A stretch of 64,000 nucleotides of DNA. It comes from the human T2T-CHM13v2.0 reference genome, Homo sapiens. The notes beneath the pieces were generated by a model. That model was not told the DNA's origin. It worked only from the letters and a program-made list of their open reading frames with translations, and searched no databases. Made by a program: the position numbers and the translations under genes. Below, piece by piece: positions 1-13,700 of this stretch. The stretch is from positions 57,440,001-57,504,000 of the forward strand of contig CP086569.2 of assembly GCA_009914755.4 (NCBI GenBank), read 5' to 3'. Numbering within the stretch: the first letter of the stretch is position 1; each line of letters begins with the position of its first letter.

Positions 1-50
1 GTGCTTCTTAAAAAAAGTTATGAGATGGGAAATAGGGCACCCACAATTAT
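1..50. other. Short non-AT-rich leader (gtgcttcttaaaaaaagttatgagatgggaaatagggcacccacaattat) preceding the AT-rich block; identity unknown. It could be the edge of a different sub-domain of the flanking satellite unit, for example an Alu-like or poly-A-adjacent part of a DYZ2-type unit.
   Basis: Its composition differs from the following roughly 900 bp of near-pure A/T. It contains an A7 run. It has no ORF and no recognisable motif. Confidence 0.2.
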
Positions 51-956
51 ATCTATACATTATGTATATAATAATATATAGAATCATATATATAATATAT
101 GTAACATATATATATAATACTGTTTTACATCCTGCAGTTATATTATATATATTATATGTATTATAATAACTGGTAATGTATAAGTATTATATTTATACAC
201 TATGACATATAATAATTATATTTTATGCCGTATATAATATATATTATATATCATATACCAAATATATTATATGGTTAATATACGTATTAAATATATAATA
301 TACATTATAAATATTATATCTACGTTATATATAACATTCACTATAGTTAATATATATATTATATCTAGCTTATATATAATATAAAATAACATATAATAAT
401 ATATAACTGTATATATAAAATATGACATATAATATATATTATATTTTATGACATATATATGATATGTATTATATATTATATATAATATGTTGTAAGTATA
501 ATACATGTATTAAATATATATTATATGTCTATGTTATTAATTATATGTAATATATGTTATATATTACATATTTGATATAGAATACACATGTTACATAGAA
601 TATATTCTATGTTACATATAACGTAGAATTTATTATGTGTAATATAATGTATGGCATATATTATAAATTCCTTATAATATACAATATGTGGAATGTGATA
701 TATATAACTTGTAATATATGATATATGATATACAATATATGTTATATAACATAGAATATATGATACATAATATATATGGTATAGAATATATATTTTATGT
801 TATATATTATATATGTTTTATATTTTATTATATATAAATATTTAAAATTATATATAACTGTATAATGTTATACGTAAATATATAATATACTACATATAAC
901 CATATATTATGTTATATAAAATTTTATTACATACTTTCCATAATATATCATATGGA
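51..956. repeat. AT-rich low-complexity, satellite-like block made of degenerate ATATA / TATAAT / ACATATAAT motifs. It is possibly HSat1-type, which would be HSat1B/DYZ2 if the window comes from Yq12.
   Basis: Direct reading shows more than 90% A+T, with repeated short motifs (tatataatatat, atgacatataat, gttatatataac) that recur at irregular spacing. For example, similar ~60-bp stretches occur near 200-260 and 419-490. The only ORF here (267-506, minus strand) is a Tyr/Ile/Asn-rich artefact. Confidence 0.55.
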
Positions 957-3735
957 CTCCTTTGGAATGGTCTAGTATGCAATGCAATCGACTGGCAGGG
1001 AATTAAAAGGCATGCAATCGAATGGATTGCACAGGAATGCAATGGACTCGAATAGATTGGAAACAGAATGCAAAGGAATGGAATGGAATAGTATGGAATG
1101 GAATGGAAAGGAATGGAGTGGAATAGACTAGAGTAGAATGGAATTTACTCGAAAGCAATGGACTGGAATAGAACTTTCTTGAATGGGCTGGAATCAAACG
1201 GAATGGAATGCTGTGCAATCAAATAGAATGAAAGAGAATCAAATCCAATCGAATGGATTGGAAAGGAATTGACTGAAATGGAATGGACTAGAATGGAAGG
1301 CAAAGGAATGGAATCTATAGGAATGGACTGTAATGGAATGGAATGGAAGGGATTGGAATGGAATCGAATGGAATGGACTGCAATAGAAAGGATTCGAATG
1401 GAATGAAAAAGAATTGAATGGAATAGAACAGAATGGAATCAAATCGAATGAAATGGAATGGAATAGAAAGGATTCGAATGGAATGCAATCGAACGGAATG
1501 GAATCGAACGGAATGGAATAAAATGGAAGAAAACTGGCAAGAAATGGAATCGAAATGAATGGAGTGTTATGGAACGGACTCAAAAGGAATTGAATGTAAT
1601 AGAATGGAGTGGAGTGGACTCGAATATAATGGACTGGAATGGAATGAAATCACATGGAATGGGAACGAATGGAATGGAATGGAAAGGAATGGAATCGAAT
1701 GGAAAGGAATCGAATGGAAGGGAATGAAATTGAATCAACAGGAATGGAAGGGAATAGAATAGACGGTAATGGAATGGACTCGAATAGAATGGACACGAAT
1801 GCTCAAATTGAATGGACTCGAATGGAATGGAAACGAAAGGAATGTCATCGAATGTAATTGAATCGATTGGAATGAAATCGCATAGAATGGAGTGGAATCA
1901 AATGGAATTGAGTCGAAAGGAAAGGAAGCGAATGGACTGAAATGAAATGGAATGGAATTGAATGGAAAGTAATGCAATGGAATAGAATGGAACGAAATTT
2001 CACGGAATGGAATCAAACTGAATGGAATCAAATCAATGGAATCAAATCAAATGGAATGGAAAGGAATTGAATGGAGTAGATGGGATTGGATGGGATTGGA
2101 ATGAAATGTACTGGAAAGAACTCGAATTTCATGAAACGGAATGGAATGAATTGGAACGGAATGGACTCGAATGGAATGGAATGTCATGGAATGGCATCAA
2201 ATGGAATGGCATCAAATGGAATGGAATCGAATGCAATGGAATGCTATGGAATGGAATGGAATGCATTGGAATGGAATGTCCTCTAATGGAATGGATTCGA
2301 GTGGAATGGAATCGAATATAATGGAGTCGAATGAAATGTAATTGAAAGGAATGGGATCGAATACCATGTAATATACTGGAATGTAATGTAATGAACTCGA
2401 ATGTAATTGACTGGAATGGAATGTACATGAATGGAATGTAATCGAATGGAAAGTAATCCAATGGAATAGAATCTAATGCAATAAAATCGACTCAAATAGA
2501 ATAGAATGTAATGGAATGGAGTGCAGAGCAATGGAATGGAATGGAATGGAATGCAGTGGAATGGAATGGAATGGAATGCAATGGAATGGAATGTATTAGA
2601 ATGTAATGAACATTAATGGAATGTACTCGAATGGATTCGACTGGAATGGAATGTTCTGGAAGTTTATGGACTCCAATGGAATAGATTCGAAAGGAATGGA
2701 ATCGAACGGAATGGAATCTAATGGAATGGAATTAAATGGAAATGAATCAAATTGAATAGCACGGAATTGAATTGAATGGAATAGAATGCAATGTAATCTA
2801 ATGAAACAGAAAGGAAAGGAATGGAATGGAATGGAATGGGCTGGAATGGAATGGAATCGAAACGAATGGAATGGAATCGAACTAAAGAGACTGGAATGGA
2901 ATGCACTGGAATGGAAGGGAGTGTAATGGAAGGTTCTCGAAAAAAATGGAATCGAATGGAATGGAATTGAATGGAACGGAATAGAGTCGAATGGAATTGA
3001 ATGGAATGGAATGGACTAGAGTGAAATGGAATCGAACCACAAGGAATGGACAGGAATAGAATGGTCTCGAATTGAATGGAATCGTATGGAATGGCATCAA
3101 ACGGAATGGAATGGACAGCCACGGAATGGAATGCACTCGAATGTAATGGAGTCGAAACTAATGGACTGGAATAGAATGGACTCGACTGGTACGGACTCCA
3201 ATGGAATGGAATCGAATGGAAGGGAATCGAACAGAATGGACTCGAAGGGAAAAGACTGCAATGGAAAGGTCTCGAATGGAATGGAAATTAATGGAATGGA
3301 ATGGAATCGAATGAAGTGGAGTCTAAAGGAATGGAATCGAATGGCAAGAAATCGAATGTAATGGAATCGCAAGGAATTGATGTGAACGGAACGGAATGGA
3401 ATGGAATCCAAAGGAATGTAATAGAATGGAATGGAATCAAATGGAAAGGACTCGAATGGAAATCACTCGAATAGAATGCAATTTAATAAAATAGGATCAA
3501 ATGTAATGGAATGGAATGGAAAGGAATCGAAACGAAAGGAATGGAGACAGATGGAATGGAATGGAACAGAGAGCAATGGTATAGAATGGAATGGAATCAT
3601 CTGGAATGGAATTGAATGGAATGCAATAACATGAAATGGAATGGAATGGAATGGAATGCCCTTGAATTAAATGGACTGGAATGGAATGGACTCGAACAGA
3701 GTGGAATGGAAAGTGTTGAAATAGAATGGAATGGA
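957..3735 (+). repeat. HOR unit U0, the array-edge unit. It is about 2779 bp, divergent, and lacks ~680 bp plus several small segments that are present in downstream units.
   Basis: Its landmarks align to U1 with an offset of 2779 at 1003/3782, 2869-2870 between 1535 and 2531, and 3549 from ~2595 onward. About 3-4% of bases are substituted relative to downstream units; the artefactual ORF at 1003-1218 differs at 6 of 71 residues from its downstream counterparts. Confidence 0.8.
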
Positions 3736-6700
3736 CTCGTTTGGAATGGTCTAGTATGCAATGCAATCGACTGGCAGGGAATCAAAAGGAATGTAATCGA
3801 ATGGATTGGACTGGAATGCAATGGACTCGAATAGATTGGAAACGGAATGCAAAGGAATGGAATGGAATAGTATGGAATGGAATGGAAAGGAATGGAGTGG
3901 AATAGACTAGAGTGGAATGGAATGGACTCAAAAGCAATGGACTGGAATGGAACTTTCTTGAATGGACTGGAATCAAACGGAATGGAATGCAATGCAATCA
4001 AATGGCATGGAATAACATAGAATGAAAGAGAATCAAATGGAATTGAATGGAATGGAATCGAATGGATTGGAAAGGAATAGAATGGAATGGAATGGAATTG
4101 ACTCAAATGGAATGGACTAGAATGGAATGGATTCGAATGGAAGGCAAAGGAATGGAATCTATTGGAATGGACTGTAATGGAATGGAATGGAAGGGATTGG
4201 AATGGACTCGAATGGAATGGACTGCAATAGAAAGGATTCGAATGGAATGAAAAAGAATTGAATGGAATAGAACAGAATGGAATCAAATCGAATGAAATGG
4301 AATGGAATAGAAAGGAATGGAATGAAATGGAATGGAAAGGATTCGAATGGAATGCAATAGAATGGAATGGAATCGAACGGAATGGAATAAAATGGAAGAA
4401 AACTGGCAAGAAATGGAATCGAAATGAATGGAGTGTTATGGAACGGACTCATAAGGAATTGAATGTAATAGAATTGAGTGAAGTGGACTCGAATATAATG
4501 GACTGGAATGGAATGAAATCACATGGAATGGGAACGAATGGAATGGAATGGAAAGGAATGGAATCGAATGGAAAGGAATGGAATGGAAGGGAATGAAACT
4601 GAATCAACAGGAATGGAAGGGAGTAGAATAGACGGTAATGGAATGGACTCGAATAGAATGGACACGAATGCACAAATTGAATGGACTCGAATGGAATGGA
4701 AACGAAAGGAATGTCATCGAATGGAATTGAATCGATTGGAATGAAATCGCATAGAATGGAGTGGAATCAAATGGAATTGAGTCGAAAGGAAAGGAAGCGA
4801 ATGGACTGAAATGAAATGGAATGGAATGGAATGGAAAGTAATGCAATGGAATAGAATGGAACGAAATTTCACGGAATGGAATCAAACTGAATGGAATAAA
4901 ATCAATGGAATATAATCAAATGGAATGGAAAGGAATTGAATGGAGTAGATTGGATTGGATGGGATTGGAATGAAATGGAATGGAAAGGACTCGAATTTCA
5001 TGAAACGGAATGGAATGAATTGGAACGGAATGGACTCGAATGGAATGGAATGTCATGGAATTGCATCAAATGGAATGGCATCAAAGGGAATGGAATCGAA
5101 TGCAATGGAATGCTATGGAATGGATTGGAATGCATTGGAATGGAATGTCCTCTAATGGAATGGATTCGAGTGGAATGGAATCGAATATAATGGAGTCGAA
5201 TGAAATGGAATTGAAAGGAATGGGATCGAATACAATGGAATATACTGGAATGTAACGTAATGAACTCGAATGTAATTGACTGGAATGGAATGTACACGAA
5301 TGGAATGTAATCGAATGGAAAGTAATCCAATGGAATAGAATGTAATGCAATAAAATCGACTCAAATAGAATAGAATGCAATGGAATGGAGTGCAGTGCAA
5401 TGGAATGGAATGGAATGGAATGCAATGGAATGGAATGGAATGGAATGGAATGCAATGGGATGGAATGGTATGGAATGGATAGTAATGGACTGGAGTGAAA
5501 TGGACTGGAAAGGAATGGACTCAAATTGAAAGGTCTCGAAAGGAATGGAGTCAAATGGAATGGTCTGGAATGGAATGAACACGAATGTAATGCAATCCAA
5601 TAGAATGGAATCGAATGGCATGGAATATAAAGAAATGGAATCGAAGAGAATGGAAACAAATGGAATGGAATTGAATGGAATGGAATTGAATGGAATGGGA
5701 ACGAATGGAGTGAAATTGTATGCAGTAGAAGAGAATAGAATGGAATGCAAGCGAAAGGAAAGGAATGGATTGGAATGGAATGGAATTCATTGGAATGGAA
5801 GGGAATGTAGTGTAATGGACAGGCCTGGAATAAAGTGGAATGCTACGGTCTCGAATGGAATAAAAATGTATGGAATGGAATGCAATGAAACGGAATCGAA
5901 TGTCATAGAATGTAATGGAATGCAAAAAAATGGAATCCAAAATCATTGACTGGAAAGGCTGGGTGTCGAAAGGAATTGACTCCAATGGAATGGAATCGAA
6001 TGGAATGGAAGTGAATAGAATCGAACTAAATCGAATGGAATGGAATTGATAGGAACGGAATGGAAAGGAATGCAATGATTTGGCATGGAATGGAATCGAA
6101 TGGCATCGAATGGAATGGAATGGAATGCAATGGAATGGAATATATTAGAATGTAATGAACTTTAATGGAATGTACTCGAATGGATTCGACTGGAATGGAA
6201 TGTTCTGGAAGTGAATGGACTCCAATGGAATGGATTCGAAAGGAATGGAATCGTACGGAATGGAATCTAATGGAATGGAATTAAATGGAAATGAATCAAA
6301 TTGAATAGCACGGAATTGAATTGAATGGAATGGAATGCAATGGAATCTAATGAAACGGAAAGGAAAGGAATGGAATGGAATGGAATGGGCTGGAATGGAA
6401 AGGAATCGAAACGAATGGAATGGAATCGAACTGAAGAGACTGGAATGGAATGCACTGGAATGGAAGGGAGTGTAATGGAAGGTTCTCGAAAAAAATGGAA
6501 TCGAATGGAATGGAATTGAATGGAACGGAATAGAGTCGAATGGAATTGAATGGAATGGAATGGACTAGAGTGAAATGGAATCGAACCACAAGGAATGGAC
6601 AGGAATAGAATGGTCTCGAATTGAATGGAATCGTATGGAATGGCATCAAACGGAATGGAATGGACAGACACGGAATGGAATGCACTCGAATGCAATGGAG

Positions 6701-7284
6701 TCGAAACTAATGGACTGGAATAGAATGGACTCGACTGGTACGGACTCCAATGGAATGGAATCGAATGCAAGGGAATCGAACGGAATGGACTCGAAGGGAA
6801 AAGACTGCAATGGAAAGGTCTCGAATGGAATGGAAATTAATGGAATGGATTGGAATCGAATGAAATGGAGTCAAAAGGAATGGAATCGAATGGCAAGAAA
6901 TCGAATGTAATGGAATCGCAAGGAATTGATGTGAACGGAACGGAATGGAATGGAATCCAAAGGAATGGAATAGAATGGAATGGAATCGAATGGAAAGGAC
7001 TCGAATGGAAATCACTCGAATAGAATGCAATTTAATAAAATAGGATCAAATGTAATGGAATGGAATGGAAAGGAATCGAAACGAAAGGAATGGAGACAGA
7101 TGGAATGGAATGGAACAGAGAGCAATGGTATAGAATGGAATGGAATCATCTGGAATGGAATTGAATGGAATGGAATAACATGAAATGGAATGGAATGGAA
7201 TGGAATGCCCTTGAATTAAATGGACTTGAATGGAATGGACTCGAACAGAGTGGAATGGAAAGTGTTGAAATATAATGGAATGGA
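3736..7284 (+). repeat. HOR unit U1 (~3549 bp)
   Basis: Spacing of recurring landmark strings and ORF-track motifs: 'MESNGKDSNG' at 3431 and 6980, and 'ggactc(c/g)tttggaatggtctagtatgcaatgcaatcgactggcaggg' at 3733 and 7284. Confidence 0.85.
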
Positions 7285-10200
7285 CTCCTTTGGAATGGTC
7301 TAGTATGCAATGCAATCGACTGGCAGGGAATCAAAAGGAATGTAATCGAATGGATTGGACTGGAATGCAATGGATTCGAATAGATTGGAAACGGAATGCA
7401 AAGGAATGGAATGGAATAGTATGGAATGGAATGGAAAGGAATGGAGTGGAATAGACTAGAGTGGAATGGAATGGACTGGAAAGCAATGGACTGGAATGGA
7501 ACTTTCTTGAATGGACTGGAATCAAACGGAATGGAATGCAATGCAATCAAATGGCATGGAATAAAATAGAATGAAAGAGAATCAAACGGAATTGAATCGA
7601 ATGGAATCGAATGGATTGGAAAGGAATAGAATGGAATGGAATGGAATTGACTCAAATGGAATGGACTAGAATGGAATGGATTCGAATGGAAGGCAAAGGA
7701 ATGGAATCTATTGGAATGGACTGTAATGGAATGGAATGGAAGGGATTGGAATGGACTCGAATGGAATGGACTGCAATAGAAAGGATTCGAATGGAATGAA
7801 AAAGAATTGAATGGAATAGAACAGAATGGAATCAAACCTCATGAAATAGAATGGAATAGAAAGGAATGGAATGAAATGGAATGGAAAGGATTCGAATGGA
7901 ATGCAATCGAATGGAATGCAATCGAATGGAATGGAATCGAACGGAATGGAATAAAATGGAAGAAAACTGGCAAGAAATGGAATCGAAATGAATGGAGTGT
8001 TATGGATCGGACTCAAAAGGAATTGAATGTAATAGAATGGAGTGGAGTGGACTCGAATATAATGGACTGGAATGGAATGAAATCACATGGAATGGGAACG
8101 AATGGAATGGAATGGAAAGGAATGGAATCGAATGGAAAGGAATCGAATGGAAGGGAATGAAATTGAATCAACAGGAATGGAAGGGAGTAGAATAGACGGT
8201 AATGGAATGGACTCGAATAGAATGGACACGAATGCTCAAATTGAATGGACTCGAATGGAATGGAAACGAAAGGAATGTCATCGAATGGAATTGAATCGGT
8301 TGGAATGAAATCGCATAGAATGGAGTGGAATCAAATGGAATTGAATCGAAAGGAAAGGAAGCGAATGGACTGAAATGAAATGGAATGGAATTGAATGGAA
8401 AGTAATGCAATGGAATAGAATGGAACGAAATTTCACGGAATGGAATCAAACTGAATGGAATCAAATCAATGGAATATAATCAAATGGAATGGAAAGGAAT
8501 TGAATGGAGTAGATTGGGTTGGATGGGATTGGAATGAAATGGAATGGAAAGGACTCGAATTTCATGAAACGGAATGGAATGAATTGGAACGGAATGGACT
8601 CGAATGGAATGGAATGACATGGAATGGCAAGAAATGGAATGGCATCAAAGGGAATGGAATCGAATGCAATGGAATGCTATGGAATGGAATGGAATGCATT
8701 GGAATGGAATGTCCTCTAATGGAATGGATTCGAGTGGAATGGAATCGAATATAATGGAGTCTAATGAAATGGAATTGAAAGGAATGGGATCCAATACAAT
8801 GGAATATACTGGAATGTAATGTAATGAACTCGAATGTAATTGACTGGAATGGAATGTACATGAGTGGAATGTAATCGAATGGAAAGTAATCCAATGGAAT
8901 AGAATCTAATGCAATAAAATCGACTCAAATAGAGTAGAATGTAATGGAATGGAGTGTAGTGCAATGGAATGGAATGGAATGGGATGGAATGGTATGGAAT
9001 GGATAGTAATGGACTGGAGTGAAATGGACTGGAAAATAATGGACTCAAATTGAAAGGGCTCGAAAGGAATGGAGTCAAATGGAATGGTCTGGAATGGAAT
9101 GAACACGAATGTAATGCAATCCAATAGAATGGAATCGAATGGCATGGAATATAAAGAAATGGAATCGAAGAGAATGGAAACAAATGGAATGGAATTGAAT
9201 GGAATGGAATTGAATGGAATGGGAACGAATGGAGTGAAATTGTATGCAGTAGAAGAGAATAGAATGGAATGCAAGCGAAAGGAAAGGAATGGATTGGAAT
9301 GGAATGGAATTCATTGGAATGGAAGGGAATGTAGTGTAATGGACAGGCCTGGAATAAAGTGGAATGCTACGGTCTCGAATGGAATAAAAATGTATGGAAT
9401 GGAATGCAATGAAACGGAATCGAATGTCATAGAATGTAATGGAATGCAAAAAAATGGACTCCAAAATCATTGACTGGAAAGGCTGGGTGTCGAAAGGAAT
9501 TGACTCCAATGGAATGGAATCGAATGGAATGGAAGTGAATAGAATCGAACTAAATCGAATGGAATGGAATTGATAGGAACGGAATGGAAAGGAATGCAAT
9601 GATTTGGCATGGAATGGAATCGAAAGGCATCGAATGGAATGGAATGGAATGCAATGGAATGGAATGTATTAGAATGTAATGAACATTAATGGAAAGTACT
9701 CGAATGGATTCGACTGGAATGGAATGTTCTGGAAGTGAATGGACTCCAATGGAATGGATTCGAAAGGAATGGAATCGAACGGAATGGAATTAAACGGAAA
9801 TGAATCAAATAGAATAGAACGGAATTGAATTGAATGGAATCGAATGCAATGGAATCTAATGAAACGGAAAGGAATGGAATGGAATGGGCTGGAATGGAAT
9901 GGAATCGAAACGAATGGAATGGAATCGAACTGAAGAGACTGGAATGGAATACACTGGAATGGAAGGGAATGTAATGGAAGGTTCTCGAAAAAAATGTAAT
10001 TGAAAGGAATGGAATTGAGTGGAACGGAATAGAGTCGAATGGAATTCAATGGAATGGAATGGACTAGAGTGAAATGGAATCGAACCACAAGGAATGGACA
10101 GGAATAGAATGGTCTCGAATTGAATGGAATCGTATGGAATGGCATCAAACGGAATGGAATGGACAGCCACGGAATGGAATGCACTCGAATGCAATGGAGT

Positions 10201-10783
10201 CGAAACTAATGGACTGGAATAGAATGGACTCGACTGGTACGGACTCCAATGGAATGGAATCGAATGGAAGGGAATCGAACGGAATGGACTCGAAGGGAAA
10301 AGACTGCAATGGAAAGGTCTCGAATGGAATGGAAATTAATGGAATGGAATGGAATCGAATGAAATGGAGTCAAAAGGAATGGAATCGAATGGCAAGAAAT
10401 CGAATGTAATGGAATCACAAGGAATTGATGTGAACGGAACGGAATGGAATGGAATCCAAAGGAATGGAATAGAATGGAATGGAATCGAATGGAAAGGACT
10501 CGAATGGAAATCACTCGAATAGAATGCAATTTAATAAAATAGGATCAAATGTAATGGAATGGAATGGAAAGGAATCGAAACGAAAGGAATGGAGACAGAT
10601 GGAATGGAATGGAACAGAGAGCAATGGTATAGAATGGAATGGAATCATCTGGAATGGAATTGAATGGAATGGAATAACATGAAATGGACTGGAATGGAAT
10701 GGAATGCCCTTGAATTAAATGGACTGGAATGGAATGGACTCGAACAGAGTGGAATGGAAAGTGTTGAAATAGAATGGAATGGA
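7285..10783 (+). repeat. HOR unit U2 (~3499 bp; subtype A)
   Basis: Landmark spacing 6980 to 10479. It lacks the 15-bp 'aaggaaaggaatggaatggatt' insertion that is present in subtype-B units. Confidence 0.85.
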
Positions 10784-13700
10784 CTCGTTTGGAATGGTCT
10801 AGTATGCAATGCAATCGACTGGCAGGGAATCAAAAGGAATGTAATCGAATGGATTGGACTGGAATGCAATGGACTCGAATAGATTGGAAACGGAATGCAA
10901 AGGAATGGAATGGAATAGTATGGAATGGAATGGAAAGGAATGGAGTGGAATAGACTAGAGTGGAATGGAATGGACTCGAAAGCAATGGACTGGAATGGAA
11001 CTTTCTTGAATGGACTGGAATCAAACGGAATGGAATGTAATGCAATCAAATGGCATGGAATAAAATAGAATGAAAGAGAATCAAATGGAATTGAATCGAA
11101 TGGAATCGAATGGATTGGAAAGGAATAGAATGGAATGGAATGGAATTGACTCAAATGGAATGGACTAGAATGGAATGGATTCGAATGGAAGGCAAAGGAA
11201 TGGAATCTATTGGAATGGACTGTAATGGAATGGAATGGAAGGGATTGGAATGGACTCGAATGGAATGGACTGCAATAGAAAGGATTCGAATGGAATGAAA
11301 AAGAATTGAATGGAATAGAACAGAATGGAATCAAATCGAATGAAATGGAATGGAATAGAAAGGAATGGAATGAAATGGAATGGAAAGGATTCGAATGGAA
11401 TGCAATCGAATGGAATGGAATCGAACGGAATGGAATAAAATGGAAGAAAACTGGCAAGAAATGGAATCGAAATGAATGGAGTGTTATGGAACGGACTCAA
11501 AAGGAATTGAATGTAATAGAATGGAGTGGAGTGGACTCGAATATAATAGACTGGAATGGAATGAAATCACATGGAATGGGAACGAATGGAATGGAATGGA
11601 AAGGAATGGAATCGAATGGAAAGGAATCGAATGGAAGGGAATGAAATTGAATCAACAGGAATGGAAAGGAGTAGAATAGACGGTAATGGAATGGGCTCGA
11701 ATAGAATGGACACGAATGCTCAAATTAAATGGACTCGAATTGAATGGAAACGAAAGGAATGTCATCGAATGGAATTGAATCGATTGGAATGAAATCACAT
11801 ATAATGGAGTGGAATCAAATGGAATTGAATCGAAAGGAAAGGAAGCGAATGGACTGAAATGAAATGGAATGGAATTGAATGGAAAGTAATGCAATGGAAT
11901 AGAATGGAAAGAAATTTCACGGAATGGAATCAAACTGAATGGAATCAAATCAATGGAATATAATCAAATGGAATGGAAAGGAATTGAATGGAGTAGATAG
12001 GATTGGATGGGATTGGAATGAAATGTACTGGAAAGGACTCGAATTTCATGAAACGGAATGGAATGAATTAGAACGGAATGGACTCGAATGGAATGGAATA
12101 TCACGGAATGGCATCAAATGGAATGGCATCAATTGGAATGGAATCGAATGCAATGGAATGCTATGGAATGGAATGGAAAGCATTGGAATGGAATGTCCTC
12201 TAATGGAATGGATTCGAGTGGAATGGAATCGAATATAATGGAGTCTAATGAAATGGAATTGAAAGGAATGGGATCCAATACAATGGAATATACTGGAATG
12301 TAATGTAATGAACTCGAATGTAATTGACTGGAATGGAATGTACATGAATGGAATGTAATCGAATGGAAAGTAATCCAATGGAATAGAATCTAATGCAATA
12401 AAATCGACTCAAGTAGAGTAGAATATAATGGAATGGAGTGCAGTGCAATGGAATGGAATGGAATGGAATGCAATGGAATGGAATGGAATGGAATGGAATG
12501 GAATGGGATGGAATGGTATGGAATGGATAGTAATGGACTGGAGTGAAATGGACTGGAAAGGAATGGACTCAAATTGAAAGGGCTCGAAAGGAATGGAGTC
12601 AAATGGAATGGTCTGGAATGGAATGAACACGAATGTAATGCAATCCAATAGAATGGAATCGAATGGCATGGAATATAAAGAAATGGAATCGAAGAGAATG
12701 GAAACAAATGGAATGGAATTGAATGGAATGGAATTGAATGGAATGGGAACGAATGGAGTGAAATTGTATGCAGTAGAAGAGAATAGAATGGAATGCAAGC
12801 GAAAGGAAAGGAATGGATTGGAATGGAATGGAATTCATTGGAATGGAAGGGAATGTAGTGTAATGGACAGGCCTGGAATAAAGTGGAATGCTACGGTCTC
12901 GAATGGAATAAAAATGTATGGAATGGAATGCAATGAAACGGAATCGAATGTCATAGAATGTAATGGAATGCAAAAAAATGGAATCCAAAATCATTGACTG
13001 GAAAGGCTGGGTGTCGAAAGGAATTGACTCCAATGGAATGGAATCGAATGGCATGGAAGTGAATAGAATGGAACTAAATCGAATGGAATGGAATTGATAG
13101 GAACGGAATGGAAAGGAATGCAATGATTTGGCATGGAATGGAATCGAATGGCATCGAATGGAATGGAATGGAATGCAATGGAATGGAATGTATTAGAATG
13201 TAATGAACTTTAATGGAATGTACTCGAATGGATTCGACTGGAATGGAATGTTCTCGAAGTGAATGGACTCCAATGGAATGGATTCGAAAGGAATGGAATC
13301 TAATGGAATGGAATTAAATGGAAATGAATCAAATTGAATAGAACGGAATTGAATTGAATGGAATCGAATGCAATGGAATCTAATGAAAAGGAAAGGAAAG
13401 GAATGGAATGGATTGGAATGGAATGGGCTGGAATGGAATGGAATCGAAACGAATGGAATGGAATCGAACTGAAGAGACTGGAATGGAATGCACTGGAATG
13501 GAAGGGAATGTAATGGAAGGTTCTCAAGAAAAATGGAATCGAAAGGAATGGAATTGAATGGAACGGAATAGAGTCGAATGGAATTCAATGGAATGGAATG
13601 GACTAGAGTGAAATGGAATCGAACCACAAGGAATGGACAGGAATAGAATGGTCTCGAATTGAATAGAATCGTATGGAATGGCATCAAACGGAATGGAATG

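Noticed and set aside
267-506. A 79-aa ORF on the minus strand inside the AT-rich block.
   Set aside because: It is a Tyr/Ile/Asn/Leu-only translation of ATATA-type low complexity and has no coding plausibility.
1-956. Whether the AT-rich block is a promoter or origin-like AT island driving transcription into the satellite.
   Set aside because: It has no defined TATA or initiator context that can be separated from the pervasive TATA-like low complexity. At ~0.9 kb of satellite-like AT repeats it is better explained as a neighbouring satellite family. I therefore make no regulatory call.
5545-5949. A recurring + strand 134-aa ORF, 'MESNGMVWNGMNTNVMQSNRMESNGMEYKEMESKRMETNGMELNG...', present once per unit and 'conserved' across 17 copies.
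   Set aside because: The conservation comes from the tandem HOR copies being 97-100% identical at the DNA level, not from selection. The + strand has an ATG in every pentamer and no stops, and the Met/Glu/Trp/Asn/Gly composition is simply GGAAT read in three frames.
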